The translations under genes were made by a program, and so were the position numbers. The notes beneath the pieces were generated by a model, which saw nothing but the letters and a program-made list of their open reading frames with translations, was not told the origin of the DNA and ran no database searches. From the NCBI GenBank assembly GCA_003427395.1, contig BFEA01000004.1, forward strand, positions 4,065,328 through 4,129,327: a stretch of DNA of 64,000 nucleotides. Reading direction: 5' to 3'. This DNA is from Chara braunii (Eukaryota > Plantae > Charophyceae). Of this stretch, positions 10,350 to 23,100 are shown piece after piece. Every line of letters begins with the position of its first letter. The stretch's first letter is position 1.

Positions 10350-13300
10350 GAATACCCTCCTCCCGTCGTATCGAACCTGAACTTGGGCTGAACGGCCCAG
10401 AATAGTCGCTGCCAGAAAGGCGCTCCGCTGAGATGAAGGGCACGAGCTTGGACGCATGGAATATTGGTGGAAGGGCAAGTGAGTGGTAACTTAGATGACG
10501 AACGAGGGCCCGTCTGGCTGGTCACCAGCAGGCGAGATAATGCGCCAAGGCCCCATCCATTTCGGAAGGACTTTGCGAGAGATATCTTGCTTGAGGCTGA
10601 ATTCCGCTGTGGACATCCAAACGAGATCGCCCTCGCCGAATGGATAAGGTAGATGCTGGCTTGACGACTCATGCGGATCTGCGTCTTGTGCATCTTGTTG
10701 CATGCCTTGACAAGCAACTCTTGCATGCGTCGAATGAAGGCACCGTGGTCGTCTTTTGCGATCTCACGAGGAACGACGATGTCCATGGGAAAATGGGCCG
10801 GCTAGCCATGCTCAAACTGGAACGGGGAGATAATGATAGCTGGGTGGAACGATGAGGTGTATGCCATCTCGATGTCGGGAAGCCGCTCAACCAGGTCATT
10901 TTGGTCGGGACGGATGGCCATGCGAAGAACCTGTGGGGTTTGATGCGCTCTCTCTATTTGGCCGTCATCCTACACCTTGACAAGCAACTCTTGAAAGCGT
11001 CGAATGAAGGCACCATGGTCATCGTTCACGGCCTCACGAGGAACGACGATGTCCAAGGGAAAATGGGCCGGGAAGCCATGCTCAAATTGGAAAGGGGAGA
11101 TACTGATAGCTGGGTGGAACGACGAGTTGTATGCCATCTCGATGTCTTGAAGCCGCTCAACACAATCCTTTTGGTCGGGACGGATGACCATGCGAAGAAG
11201 AACCTGTAGGGTTTGATGTGCTCTCTCTATTTGGCTGTCGGATTGCGGATGGCCAGCGAAACTCGGCTTGAGGGAAGTCCCCATGCAACTCATAAGCTTG
11301 GTCCAAAAGTCGAACATAAACCGGGTGTCGCGGTCTCATTCGATCTCCTTGGGAAAACCCTTGGTCTGTACTCAACCGGCAAAGAAGATAGGGATAAGGC
11401 ACAAACATTGCAAACTTGGTGAGGTGTTTGACCACCGTGAGTATGCTGTTGGAGCTGGACTTGTGCTTGGGAAATGACCGTGTGATGCCCATGGCGATTG
11501 ACGTGCGGTGTTCCTTGGGAATTGGCAAGGGCCGCAACTCTCCAAATGGGCGGTGGTTGTGGGGCTTGCAACGACGGCAAACCTCGCAAGACTTGCAGTA
11601 GCGGGTGACTTCCGCAATAAGGTCGAGCCAATATAAGTGTTGGCGAAGGTGACAGATCATGGAGGCGACGCCGAAGTGTCCCATGGATAAAGCGTCGTGA
11701 AACTCACCAAGAAGTCGTGTAAAGTTGTCGATCATTAGGCACACAAAGAAGGCCCTTCCCTCGTGAATGGAAAAGCAAGTAACTATCTTGGATCCGATAG
11801 TGCGATATCTTCGAGCATTGTGCATAGCGCTCGCGATATAAGGGGCCGACTGATAACCGCGAATGAAGTGGCGCCGCATCTCATCGTCGATCTAGAAGGT
11901 GTGGTAAACGGCGGCGCAAAGGTCCAGACGTCGCAAAAAAGCATCCGCAAAACGGTTTGACTTGCCCTTGATGTGGTCGGGGACAACATCGAACTAGTCG
12001 ATGTAAGCCATCCAACGCGCAATCGTGCTATTGGCCATGGCTTGGGACTTATAGAAGACCAACGGGTTGTTGTCCTTGACCCACTTGAATTGGCGTCGAT
12101 CTAGAAGAAAGTGCCACCATCGTTTGAGAGCATGAATGAAGGCTAACAACTCCTTCCGTGTCTCATCGATAGAATGGACAGGGGGTACTTTCTTGGTAAA
12201 GAACTCGACGGGGTGCCAATCCTCGCTGCCGTGTTGCTCGAGGACGACATCGTTGTCGTAGCTGGATGCATCCTTGGTGATATGTGTGGGCAAAAGAGGG
12301 TCGTAGATATGCAAGACCAGTGCGCAAAGCAAAGCATCTTTGATCGTGACAGAAGCTGCTCGAGCCTCGTTGTCGAAGTGAAACATTCGGTCCGCACATT
12401 GAAGCTTAATCAAATTGATCGCGATCGAGCCCTGGATGAAGTGTTGGTAGTAAGTGGTGAGCCTGAGGAAGGAACAAACATCTGTGACATTCTTGGGTTC
12501 CGACCACTCTTGGATGGCTTGAATCTTGGCGTATGAATTCGCATTTCTTGTGGTTGGCTTGGTACTTGGAGCGACGAGGAGTCTCCAGTACGCTACGAAG
12601 ATGCTTGAGAGGCTCGTCCAATGTCTGAATATAGGCCAGGATGTCGTCGAGGTAGATGAGCATGACTTAGTCCAACATAGAACGAAACTCGTTTGTCATC
12701 ACCACTTGGTATGTCGTCGGGGCATTGGTGAGGCCAAAAGGCATGATAACCCACTTGAAATGCCTATACCACATCTTGAACGCGGATTTGTAGTGGTCTT
12801 GCGGGCGGATTGAAATCTGGTGGTATTTGGACTTCAAGTTCAACTTCGAGAAGAATTTCGCACTGCCCAAGCGCTCTAGAAGATCGTCGATGCTAGGAAG
12901 AGGTCCTTCATTCTTGACGGCTTGCTTGTTTAGTCGGCGTAGTCGATGCAAAGTCGTAGATCCTTGTTCTTCTTTCGAACGAAGAGAATGGGCGCACCAT
13001 AGAGCGAGCTACGAGGGTGAATCCAACCCTTTTCGAGCAAGTCGTCGAGTTGCGCACGGAGAACCGTGAGCTCCTCCTCGCTCATACGATAAATGCAACC
13101 TTGGGGTGGGACAACACCCTCTTCTAGAATGATCTCATGAGAGACGGGGCGATCCGGAACAACTCCCGTATGTGGCTCGAAGTCATCGCCAAACTCGTTG
13201 AGCAAAACCGAAGCATGCAAGGATCCGAAGACGCATCCGTTGGTGAAGAGTCGGGCTTCGCTACGATTTGGAGAAAACAAATGCCGATCTCGTTGATCCC

Positions 13301-15530
13301 CTGGTATGCACAAGTGGCCTGAAAATTCTCCGCCATGTTGACTTGGCACTGGATCGAAGTGTGTGGAGGAGGTACGGTACATGGGACTTCAACGCGAACG
13401 ATAAGCGGCCACTGATGGAAGTTATCCGTGTGGTCCGCACTAGCAAGCCAAGGCATCCCCAAATTAACGTCGAAGTCCTTGTCCAAAAGCCAAAGGTGAC
13501 GGCTTCGCGTTCATGAGGCGCAAAGTAGACGAGGACAGCGTCGATGCATCGGTCAAGTAATTGTTGCGTATGACCGTTCGCACTATTGACCGGCATGGGG
13601 TGAAGCTCGTTGAATGAACCACTGACTAATAAAGTTTTGAGTCGGGCCGCTATCCAGCAAAGCACTGCAGGATGCTTGCCTGATTTGGATGCAGACATAG
13701 AGAAGCATTGCGTTGTTGTTATCGTATTGTTGCATCGACCTTCGCTATATAGTCAAGAAGATCAGCCACCGTGACTTGGTGGTCCATAAAAGGCTAAGTA
13801 CTCGTGTAAATGAGCGCAAATTGCTGCGCATTGCGGTCCCGACAAGCAGCCCTTTGTAGGGAGAGGTAGCCATGTGCGATTTTTGAGCCTTAACATTGCT
13901 CTCGCATGCTGATGAAGATGTCGATGCCGAACTGCTAACGGATGGAGAGGAAGCCGCAGATACCATGAATACTCGTCCGTGAACAACATAACCCCCCAGC
14001 AACAAGCCGGGCAGCATAGTCCTCGAAAGTAGTAAGGTGAGAACTTATGAGTTGTGCATGTGCCCCGGAAATAAGATACTCTGCTCACGAGGCAGCCCGT
14101 TCCGACGACATCGTGATTGTAGTCGTTCCACTCCCGACGACGCTCTGTTTTTTTAACAAGATTTCCCCTTGGTCTCCATTGCCTTCTTGTCGGTGCATGC
14201 GGCGGTCTCGTGGTCGTTGTTGTTGCACCACAAGCTATAGCTGTACTTATTCCGAACCTTGTAGATGAGCTCAAAGATGTCATAGCAAGCCTGAGGTTCT
14301 TGAGCGGCCTGCCCCGTCTCGGGCGATGATGATGATGGGGTGGATGTCTCTTCTTGCCTTTGCCCCTTCCTTTGGGCGGTGGACCACCTCGCCAGGTGGA
14401 TGCTACCGTGTCTCCCTCGTCCATGGCAGCACCCTTTTCGTCATGAAGATCGCCTGTCAAATCCGCGGCCACTGCAACCGTCGGTTGTCGTTGCTGTCCC
14501 TTGCATGTGCCTGAAGATCTCGAATGCCGGCCGTTGCAGGCCGCTGTGTTGGTGAGAATAATCAGCGAGGCGTTGTCGAAGGGCAACTGCAAAGTTGTGA
14601 GTGTCTTAGAGACTTGCATCAATGCATGCTGCAATGTCATGCACAACCTCTTAACGAAGTTGTGCTTGAGTCCCTCGAAGGTGTTTGGCAAGTTCGGTGT
14701 GGACACCAAGCGTTGATGCTTCGAGATCCAATCCGCGCTTGCCAAACTGTTTTGGTAGAAGTTCTGCAACTTTTCCGTTGCCTTGAGGTGCTGCGGTTCC
14801 ACTTGGAATTGCTTGTGCCATGTCATCGACAATTCGTCCAAACTCACTTCCGTGTGAAGGTCAACAATCCTGACTCCACGGGCCTCTCAATGGGTGGTAC
14901 AAGCACCCATGCCATTGGTGATGCAAGTGCAATGTAAAGTGCGACCACCATTGAATGGGGTCGGTCTTCAATGAATCTGTGAAGACCGGTATGTCGTCCA
15001 GCTTGGGTGGACGTGGCGAATGGCCGGCTGCAGGTCTGCTTGCTGCGACGGCAGTAAGCCGCTGCTCAAATCATGTGTCGGTGTCCTGCAAGGTGCCAAC
15101 CTTGATCGCCAAGGTTGCGAGACGTGTGTCCTGTGCGACCATGTGTGCGTCATGCGTGGCCATATGATTGGCCAGCCGTGCGTTTTCCTGCTGCAGGCAC
15201 AAGATCTCAGCCTGTTGTACTGCACACATGGCGATCAGGTCGGTGACGCAAGCCGTAACGGCGGCAAACTGCTGATCTGCTGGAGTAGCATCATTGTTGC
15301 CAGCCTTCTCGGCCCAGCCATTCGCCAGTGGGCACGTAGCCGCCTCTCCAAGTAGTAACTTGTCTCGCTGCACCTCTCTTTTCTCATCTTCTATTTTCTG
15401 CACTGCAGCTTCATCCGCCTTGCGCTGTTCTTCGGCTAAGCGGCGAGCGAACTCTTCCTCCACCTCCTTCCTAGCTGCAGCTTCCTCCCTCTTTTTGCTT
15501 CTGCGCTTCCTCAATCAGTGACTGCGTACG
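10037..15530 (-). mobile_element. Decayed Ty3/gypsy LTR retrotransposon (gag-PR-RT-RH-INT-3'LTR), 5' LTR missing
   Basis: Gag coiled-coil and zinc knuckle LWCNNNDHETAAC (~14195-14240). RT: GAPILFVRKKNKDLRLCIDY, MPFGLTNAP, LIYLDDI (~12640-12660). RNase H: DASSY..WHPVEF. Integrase: HDALSMGHFG..CKSCEVC and GHPQSDSQIER, then GPW and PIFHASKL. Many stops and frameshifts. Confidence 0.93.
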
Positions 15531-16667
15531 CTTCTCGAAAACCTCATCAGTTTCACCGGCCTTGTGATCCATGGCTGCGGTCGCGGAGTGCGAAAAACGA
15601 TACGTTCTGAACGCAATGAACAATTGGCAGCTACACAGCGGAAGAAGAGCTTTCTGTGATGAAGATTTCCGTAGCCATTCAGGGAAGGAACTTTGGAGTA
15701 GAGAGGGGGTATCTGCGTGGAAAACGAATCAGAAGGGAAGATCGTCGAAGTTAGGAGGGAAAGAAATCCACGGTGCAAAATAACAAATAAAAAAAAGAGA
15801 ATTCGCGAAGATGCTCCCACCATTTGGACTTCAGAAAAACGATGGGGGTCGTAAAGACATGCCTACACGTTGCGAAATGTTCCATGCAAAAAATGTGCAA
15901 AAGGAGAGAGTGGCACATGAATGGGAAGATTGTGCGAAATTTCCGAGAGCAATCAAAAGATTCAGTGGACACCGATGCGAAAAGAATTCCCTGCGATCAG
16001 CAAAAGAAATGTTCACAATGGGGTTTGGAAAGTGGTTATCCGTATGACTTCAAAAAATACGGAAAAGATGTCTCGTGGAAGTGGTGAACCTCCGTATGGA
16101 AGAGAAGATTGCTTTCGAAAGGAGAGAATCCGCGCGGTTTCAGAAATGGAAGAGTATAGGAAAAGTGTGAAGGCTACTATAGTCTTTTTGAAAAAAAGAT
16201 AGTCGGGGTCAAGAGAGCGGAGAAAACAAATTCGATCTTACAATACATTCCCACACACGATACTACTTCGGAGAAGGTGAAAGGAAAAAAAAAATCACGT
16301 GGGAGAGCAAACTTGACAGGCAGCGACTCGTTCGGGAGAGCGGCTTGCAATTTTATGCTGATCGGCGCAATCACTCACTCAATCAGTCATTCAATCAATA
16401 AACACCAAGTGGTTAATCAGTCACTCAATGGATTCTGACTAATGAATTCATCAACCCGTTTAGTAAATCGATGGATCAGTCAATCAATTTGGTGAACCAG
16501 CCAATCGATCAATCATCGGGGAGTCTGATTGATTGATCGATTGGTTTGTTCAATCGATCCGAATACTTGGCGCCCCCCCCTAGTCATACTTGGCGCTCCC
16601 CCCCACTCAGCAACTTCTAATGAGTCCAATCGCGATCCTACTTCATGTGGGTCGCTCTGATAGCAGC

Positions 16668-17082
16668 TGATGCATGCTCATCTATAGATGAGCGGTGCAT
16701 GAAACCCAAGGAGCACCAACACGACGAGAAGGATCCAGATACATCAGGAAAACCAAGGATATCGACAATGTAGCACAGCAGAAGACTCAAAGATACGACT
16801 GGACTCGTCCGACTCAGGCTCGGCCCGCACTGACATCATCACACATGTCGATCCCACAAGGAATGTGACGTAAATGGAAGAAGGCACCTCCTTGCGCACA
16901 CACATGGGAGTAGCCACCGATGATGGAGGAGGGGATGAGACAAATGAAGAAGAGAAGGGGGAGACCAGGAGGAGCTCGAACTCGCCCAATCAGAATTCCG
17001 TCCTCCCCTCTACTGTCGATAATCGTCACCCACAGAATGTCGAACCAGAACCTGGGCTGAACGGCCCGGAATCGTCGCTGAC
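16668..17082 (-). mobile_element. Second, diverged 3' LTR plus PPT fragment of the same gypsy family
   Basis: Roughly 80% similar by eye to 10037-10412. Starts TGATGCA, ends ATCA at 16992, and is followed by the PPT complement and internal sequence CTGGGCTGAACGGCCC. Confidence 0.8.
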
Positions 17083-17959
17083 TGAAATCTCTCCCTCGCT
17101 CTCTCTCTCCGTCTGTCTTTGAAAAGGAGAAGAAGAAGGAGGAGGAGGTGGCTATGGAGGGTCAGACGAGAAGCCGGAGGAGAGAGAGGATGAAGATAAT
17201 ATCGGCTGTCTCTTTTTCACCTGTACTGACCATCGTCGACGATGGCTGATGCAGGTCGTGAAGTGAAGTCCGGCGAGGGCGCCCAGGTACGTGGTCTTGC
17301 AAGCTGCGGCTATGGCTCTCCAGCCCCGAACCTCTTACCTCTCACCCCCTCCAGCTGCTATGGCGGAGCTCAAGAACACCAGCGCTGCTCAGCGCATCCC
17401 CAAATGTGCACCAGCAGGACTGTGATGTCCGCTGCTGGGTACTGGTCCAGCTCTATGGCGTTGAACCTGGCCCTATGTCCCCACGGCCTACGATCAGGGC
17501 TGTCCGATGGAGTCTCGATTGATGGTCCTCATCGTGGGCTCAAGTCGTAGTCCTATGCATACAGAGAAATCTGAACCTGGCCTCAATGGCATACCTACGA
17601 ATCTTACACCACCAGTACTTCCTAAAGTCGTGCCCGTTAACAAGCCATGAATTTAGGAAACTTACGGGCCACTACAGGAGCGCCCAAATTCAGAGTAGAA
17701 AGATTTATACTCTTCTTTTTTTTGACGGCTGGTAGCTGGGCTGCGTACTGGTGGCTTAACCAGGCCTACAACGGCCATTCTGCAAACCCACTGGTCCGAA
17801 CAGGCACTGCCTGTTTGAACAATCCGAAAATTCCTAAATGACACATCTGAATCAGACAAAAATAGGACAGACAAAATCGGACCTGAACTCAACAGTAAAC
17901 AAATAAATAATCGACGAAAAATTAAAGTAAATGTTGAAAGGGCAAGAGCGTGCGAGGGT

Positions 17960-18850
17960 TTGGCCCCTCGACATATGGCCCTGCAGCAGGCGCGTGCCTG
18001 CCCTAAGTGAAGGCGGGCCCCCTGAATTTCAATGCACCCTGAACTCGACAATTTTTGCAAATCTTTGTCGGCGCCAGACAGTTGCCATGCGCCAGTTTGT
18101 TACATCCGCCTTGCACGTGAGAAGGAAAAAGAATCGTGAGCCTTCCAGGTCCTTCCAGCAATGTGGGGTAAGCAGGGTACACATAAATGCCTGGGTGGTT
18201 GGACATGCCTAACCAAATCGGTCCCAGGCCACTGTCTGAACGGGCCTGGGCGCAGACACCTTGGCCGAGATGGAAGCTACTGGGCACTCAGTCTCACGTG
18301 GGCATGGCAAGGAAAAGCGGCCAGGGGCCAGGGCATTCATTTGAGCGCTTCCAAATTGTGGACACAGCGCTTCTGGAGCTATTGCTCGCAGGCTGCTAGC
18401 TGCACTGTTTCAAGCGCGAAGGCGCACACGGGCGTTGAGAGGTGCAGGGCGCTGCTGAGTGCAGCGACATAGCCAGCCCAACCATAGCCGGGCTTCGCTT
18501 GATACAGGCAGCGGAGGTGGTGGTGGTCTTCGTGTATGGGAGGAAGACGTGGGTAGACAAGTCGAGGGAGAGAGAGAGACATAGAGAGATCAGGTTGATG
18601 ATGTGAGGGCATGTACCTGGTCTCGCCGATTGTCTACAAAGGTTGACATCTTCATGTACCTTGGTTCGGCTGCTGACGTCAACATTTGCATTGTCAATTC
18701 GTAGGCTGGTAGTAGATGCGTGATCGTGGTCTGGGCGCCGAGCGCCAGACATCGGTGCAATTCTGCTTTCTGGACAGTGTCAGACTTCTTGGCTTTCAAT
18801 GTGATTTTGCAATCTGGAATCTGTCATTTCACCAGTTCTCATTCTCCTTG
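17960..18850. repeat. Diverged inverted homologue of 51130-51960 (LTR-like dispersed repeat)
   Basis: Shared in reverse complement: GGCCCGCCTTCACTTAGGG, CAACTGGCGC..GCAACTG, GACAATGCAA.TGTTGAC.TCAGCAGC, GCAGCCT.CGAGCA.TAGCTCCAG. Confidence 0.65.
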
Positions 18851-19149
18851 CAAGTGGGAGTATGGTCCAAAAATGTGGCGGTGGGCCACCAGGTCGTGCG
18901 GACGGAAGGGTCTGCACAGCCTGGGGGCCGATGCGAAACTGTCAGGCTCAATCGGGCCCGTGTAGGTGCCCCTAGGATGCTACAACTCACCACGGGAAAT
19001 TGAGTTTGGTGATTGCTGGAGCAATTCCCTAAAGCTGGAGGTGCTCGTGGGGACCACACCACCAGAACACCAGATTTCTGCTGGTTGGCTGAAAACTGGG
19101 GGAAGGTAGGTGGAAAGACTGCAGACAGAAGTGGAACAATGAAGGAGTG

Positions 19150-19961
19150 GCGGGGGAACACGTGTGAAGGCACTTTTGTTCTTACTGGCAGGGGCCTACG
19201 ACAAAGAACAAAGCCGTTATTTTGGTGCAAATGCGCGTACCCACACTGTATGGGCCGTGGTCCACTACACAGCATTCGACATGTATAGGGACTGACATTT
19301 GGAACAGATACTTTTGCACTGCTCCAGCATTTTGTGTATATCGACAATTGCGAGCTGTCCATATACTTGACGAATGCTGTGCAGCAGAGAGGGATACTTT
19401 TGAGACGCTCAGTTGTTTTCACCGAGTTGTTAGTGTGCTCGGCCTTAAATGCAGAAATGTGGATTAGGCCTGCTGGTCAGGAGGCAGCTGACAAATGCCT
19501 ATCCAAATTCGGAAATGCCGAACTGCAAGCCTGTTGTATGCAAATGCAGGACTGCGGGGGAACACGTGTGAAGGCACTTTTGTTCTTACTGGCAGGGGCC
19601 TACGACAAAGAACAAAGCCGTTATTTTGGTGCAAATGCGCGTACCCACACTGTATGGGCCTTGGTCCACTACACAGCATTCGACATGTATAGGGACTGAC
19701 ATTCGGAACAGATACTTTTGCACTGCTCCAGCATTTTGTGTATATCGACAATTGCGAGCTCTCCATATACTTGACGAATGCTGTGCAGCGGAGAGGGATA
19801 CTTTTGAGACGCTCAGTTGTTTTCACCGAGTTGTTAGTGTGCTCGGCCTTAAATACAGAAATGTCGATTAGGCCTGCTGGTCAGGAGGCAGCTGACAAAT
19901 GCCTATCCAAATTCGGAAATGCTGAACTGCAAGCCTATTGTATGCAAATGCAGGACTGCGG
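19150..19961. repeat. Near-identical 404-bp tandem duplication (19150-19553 / 19554-19961)
   Basis: Both units begin GCGGGGGAACACGTGTGAAGG and differ by only a few substitutions. Confidence 0.95.
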
Positions 19962-20574
19962 GCCCGCTGTGACTGCTCAGTTACACAAAACTTCTCGATT
20001 GTGGCAATATAGGCTCGTGCTTTCCCCTTCTTAAATTATGGTGATGAATGCATAATAATCCGCGAGGCCCCACTGTCCAGGGATTTCGTTGCCCTTAGGG
20101 AAGTTTCCCAGCCCCAACGCCGTCATCTGGCTGTAGTGGATCGGATGGCCTCGGTCCAGACGCAGCTTCAATGGACATGCAAAACAGCTCTTGGAAAATG
20201 ATATGGCAGAGGTATTCCCAAGTTGAGAATCCCTGAATCCGCAGCGCATCGCGGCCAAGCGAGGACAACTCTTTTTTTTTTTTATCAGTGACAAAAGGCG
20301 GATTTACCGAAAGGGAATTTTCTAAAATCTGCCAATGGAGCCCCCAACTCCTTCAGGAAACTCCTCAAAATAGTTCAGCAGAGCAGGACTCGTACGTTGT
20401 AATTTGAGGGCACACTCACACAGGCGACTTTTTTCTGCAAACAATGCCAGTTACTACCTGCCCAACTGCGATTTTGCTATACTGCATGGTTACAATGCGA
20501 GTTGTATTCAAACTGGACGAAGCCTCGACTTCCTCACGATTGCTACATGTGCGCCTCATGCAGTCGCACATCAC

Positions 20575-21230
20575 GAAGCTCAGATGGCGGGCTTTTTTAC
20601 AGTGCTGTATTCTCGCTGACAACTTCAATTTGTGGAACACTTTCAGCATTCTCACGAATGGCAATGGACTTACCGGCTGCTATCTGGGGAAAGTTGAAGT
20701 GTCCAGGTTCGATGCACTAAGTTAAATCAAACAAATGTGGGGCTGGCCGTGAGTGGGAACCATGCCTACATATCTCCGCGGAAACTGGTGGGATGGGGCA
20801 GGAAGAAATAAATCATGTCATGCATAGGCAGGTGGCGGGAGGGTGGAGTGCCTGTCCATTCGGTGGGAAAGCTCAGATGGCGGGCTATTTGTTTTATGTT
20901 TTTCCATGGTTTCGATTCTTTTACAGTGCAGCATTCTCGCTGACGGCTTCAATTTGTGGAGCACTTTCAGCATTCTCACGAATGAGATATGTGCAATGGA
21001 CTTATCGGCTGCAAGTTGAAGCATCCAGGTTTGATGCACGGAGTTAAATCAAACAAATGCGGCTCTGGCCCTGGGTGGGAACCAAGGCCCACATACATCT
21101 GCAGTGACTGGTGGGATGAGGCGGGAATGCCTGTCCATTCGGTGGGAAATCTTGTCATACATAGGCAGGGGGAGGGAGAGCAGAGTGCCTGTCCCTTCGG
21201 TGGGAAATCTCGTCTTAGATAAAGGCAGGG
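20575..21230. repeat. Diverged ~290-bp tandem duplication with sub-repeats
   Basis: AAGCTCAGATGGCGGGC...CACTTTCAGCATTCTCACGAATG...AGTTAAATCAAACAAATG occurs twice. GCCTGTCC.TTCGGTGGGAAA occurs three times. Confidence 0.8.
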
Positions 21231-21771
21231 GGAGGGGGTGTGCACACCTGGAGGACTCTGCCCCAAAGAACAAAGTTGCACACGGGAAATTTACAACGAA
21301 CCAGGACGAAATAGGAGATCTGGCATGTGACTGCTAATGAAGGAGACTTTCAGAGCAAAAATCCCTTTCCCGCTGTTGGGAAAATGGGAAAATAGCCTAC
21401 TCCTAAAAACTCGGAGGCTGGGCTGGACGGCGTCGATTGTTGATAAATCTCATGGGCGACTGTTGTTTTGTTTCGGCCGCGTCCTAAGAACTCGGGGGCT
21501 GGGTACTTCAGAACATGGGTTCTGGGGGATGTCAGTGGTGGTATGTTACAGACCTTGCAGGTGTGTATGTGGAAGAAGAAGAAGAGGAGGAGGACGAGGA
21601 GGACGAAGAAGAAGAAGAAAAAGAAGAAGAAGAGTACAGGGATGACAAGATCGAAAAAAAAAAAACAAGCCTGGAGAGATACCACGTCCAAATTGCTCCA
21701 CAAACGATTACGGAAGTCTCTCTCTCTCTCTCTGTGTCACACACACACACACACACACATACACACACACA

Positions 21772-21820
<49 letters not shown>

Positions 21821-23100
21821 TGATCTCATTCGCGATCGGACTGGCTTTTTGAATTCAAATGACTGTCTACTGCAGTTATTTGAATCGGGGTCATCCTCCG
21901 CAACCTCCGCGCGAGCCTTGTGGTGGCGAATCTTTTTCTTTTTTTTTTGCACCGGGTTCAGCGGTCTTCGGCTTGCGGGGTCTGCCACGAGCACGCTTAG
22001 GCTTCACAGTAGCATCCTCCACCGGATCCTTTCTGTTCCTCCCCACCCTGCTCACCCACAAGTTGTCATGTTGGACAGCCTCATTGTTGGGATGGAAAAA
22101 AGGGCACGTAGGCGGTGAATTAGGCGCGAAGCGGTGAAAGTCGCCAGCTCAACTGGTGGAATGCCGTCAAAACCGGTGCACTAGACTAAGATAGAGGAAA
22201 GTTCGTTGCCTACGCGTGTACACAATATTCACTTCAGGCTGGTGCTCCTATTCATCATCCTCCTCATCCACGTTGTGCTGCATGTTCTGTTGATCCATGC
22301 TTTGCGCGTCTTCTTGCTGTTCCCTGGCCTCCTCCTCTCCTTGACTCTCCATCCCCTCCTCGTCCTCTTCATGCTCCATCTCCTCGTACTCTTCTTTATG
22401 CTCCATCTCCTCCCCTTGTTGCTGCTCCATGTCGTCCTTGTCTTCTTGCTGGTCCTTCTCCTCCGGCTCTTGCAGGTCTGCCTCCTCCGCCTTTTTTGGC
22501 TGCACCCTGTCGTCCTCCTCTTCTTGGAGTGCGACTTCCGCCACCTTCAAAACCGCTTCACTTTGCTGTTGCTCTTCCTTTTCTCGCTCTTGCACAACGT
22601 CAAGTGGCCGATGCGTCTCCGGTTCCTTCTCCCCAACCTTCTTCTTGCGTCTCTCAATCTCCCTCCGGGTTGGGATTGCTGCATGTTGGGCATCCTCTTC
22701 CATGATCTGTTTTTGGACGACATCTCTATCGCGATCTGCTAATGCCTTTGCACGGTCGGCCTTCGCCTCATCTTCATCAACCTGAGCACTTTGCAACAGC
22801 AACTCAATGTCCGTGTGCACGTGATGGAACTCAACGTAAGACTGAGGATGGTATTGGGAGGAGCTTTCCCCCTTGGCCCGTGCAGAGACCACGGGCTGCT
22901 TCTCTCTCCGACGCCCTGCAACTTCTCTCCTACCGACATAAGTAGTGTTCGGGACCGATGGCTGGGCTCCCGACTCAAAATCGGAATCACTTTCATCCCC
23001 CTCCTCCTTCGCGGTGTCGAGCTCATCGGTCCGGCACCGCACAAGGCAGCATGGGACTCTCCTGACCGCGCCACGCAGTAGTCGATCTAAATCGTCGTCG

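Noticed and set aside
17670-20138. Possible CACTA element (CACTACAG...CTGTAGTG)
   Set aside because: Only 8 bp of inverted match, the 3-bp flanks differ (GGC vs GAT), and there is no transposase remnant.
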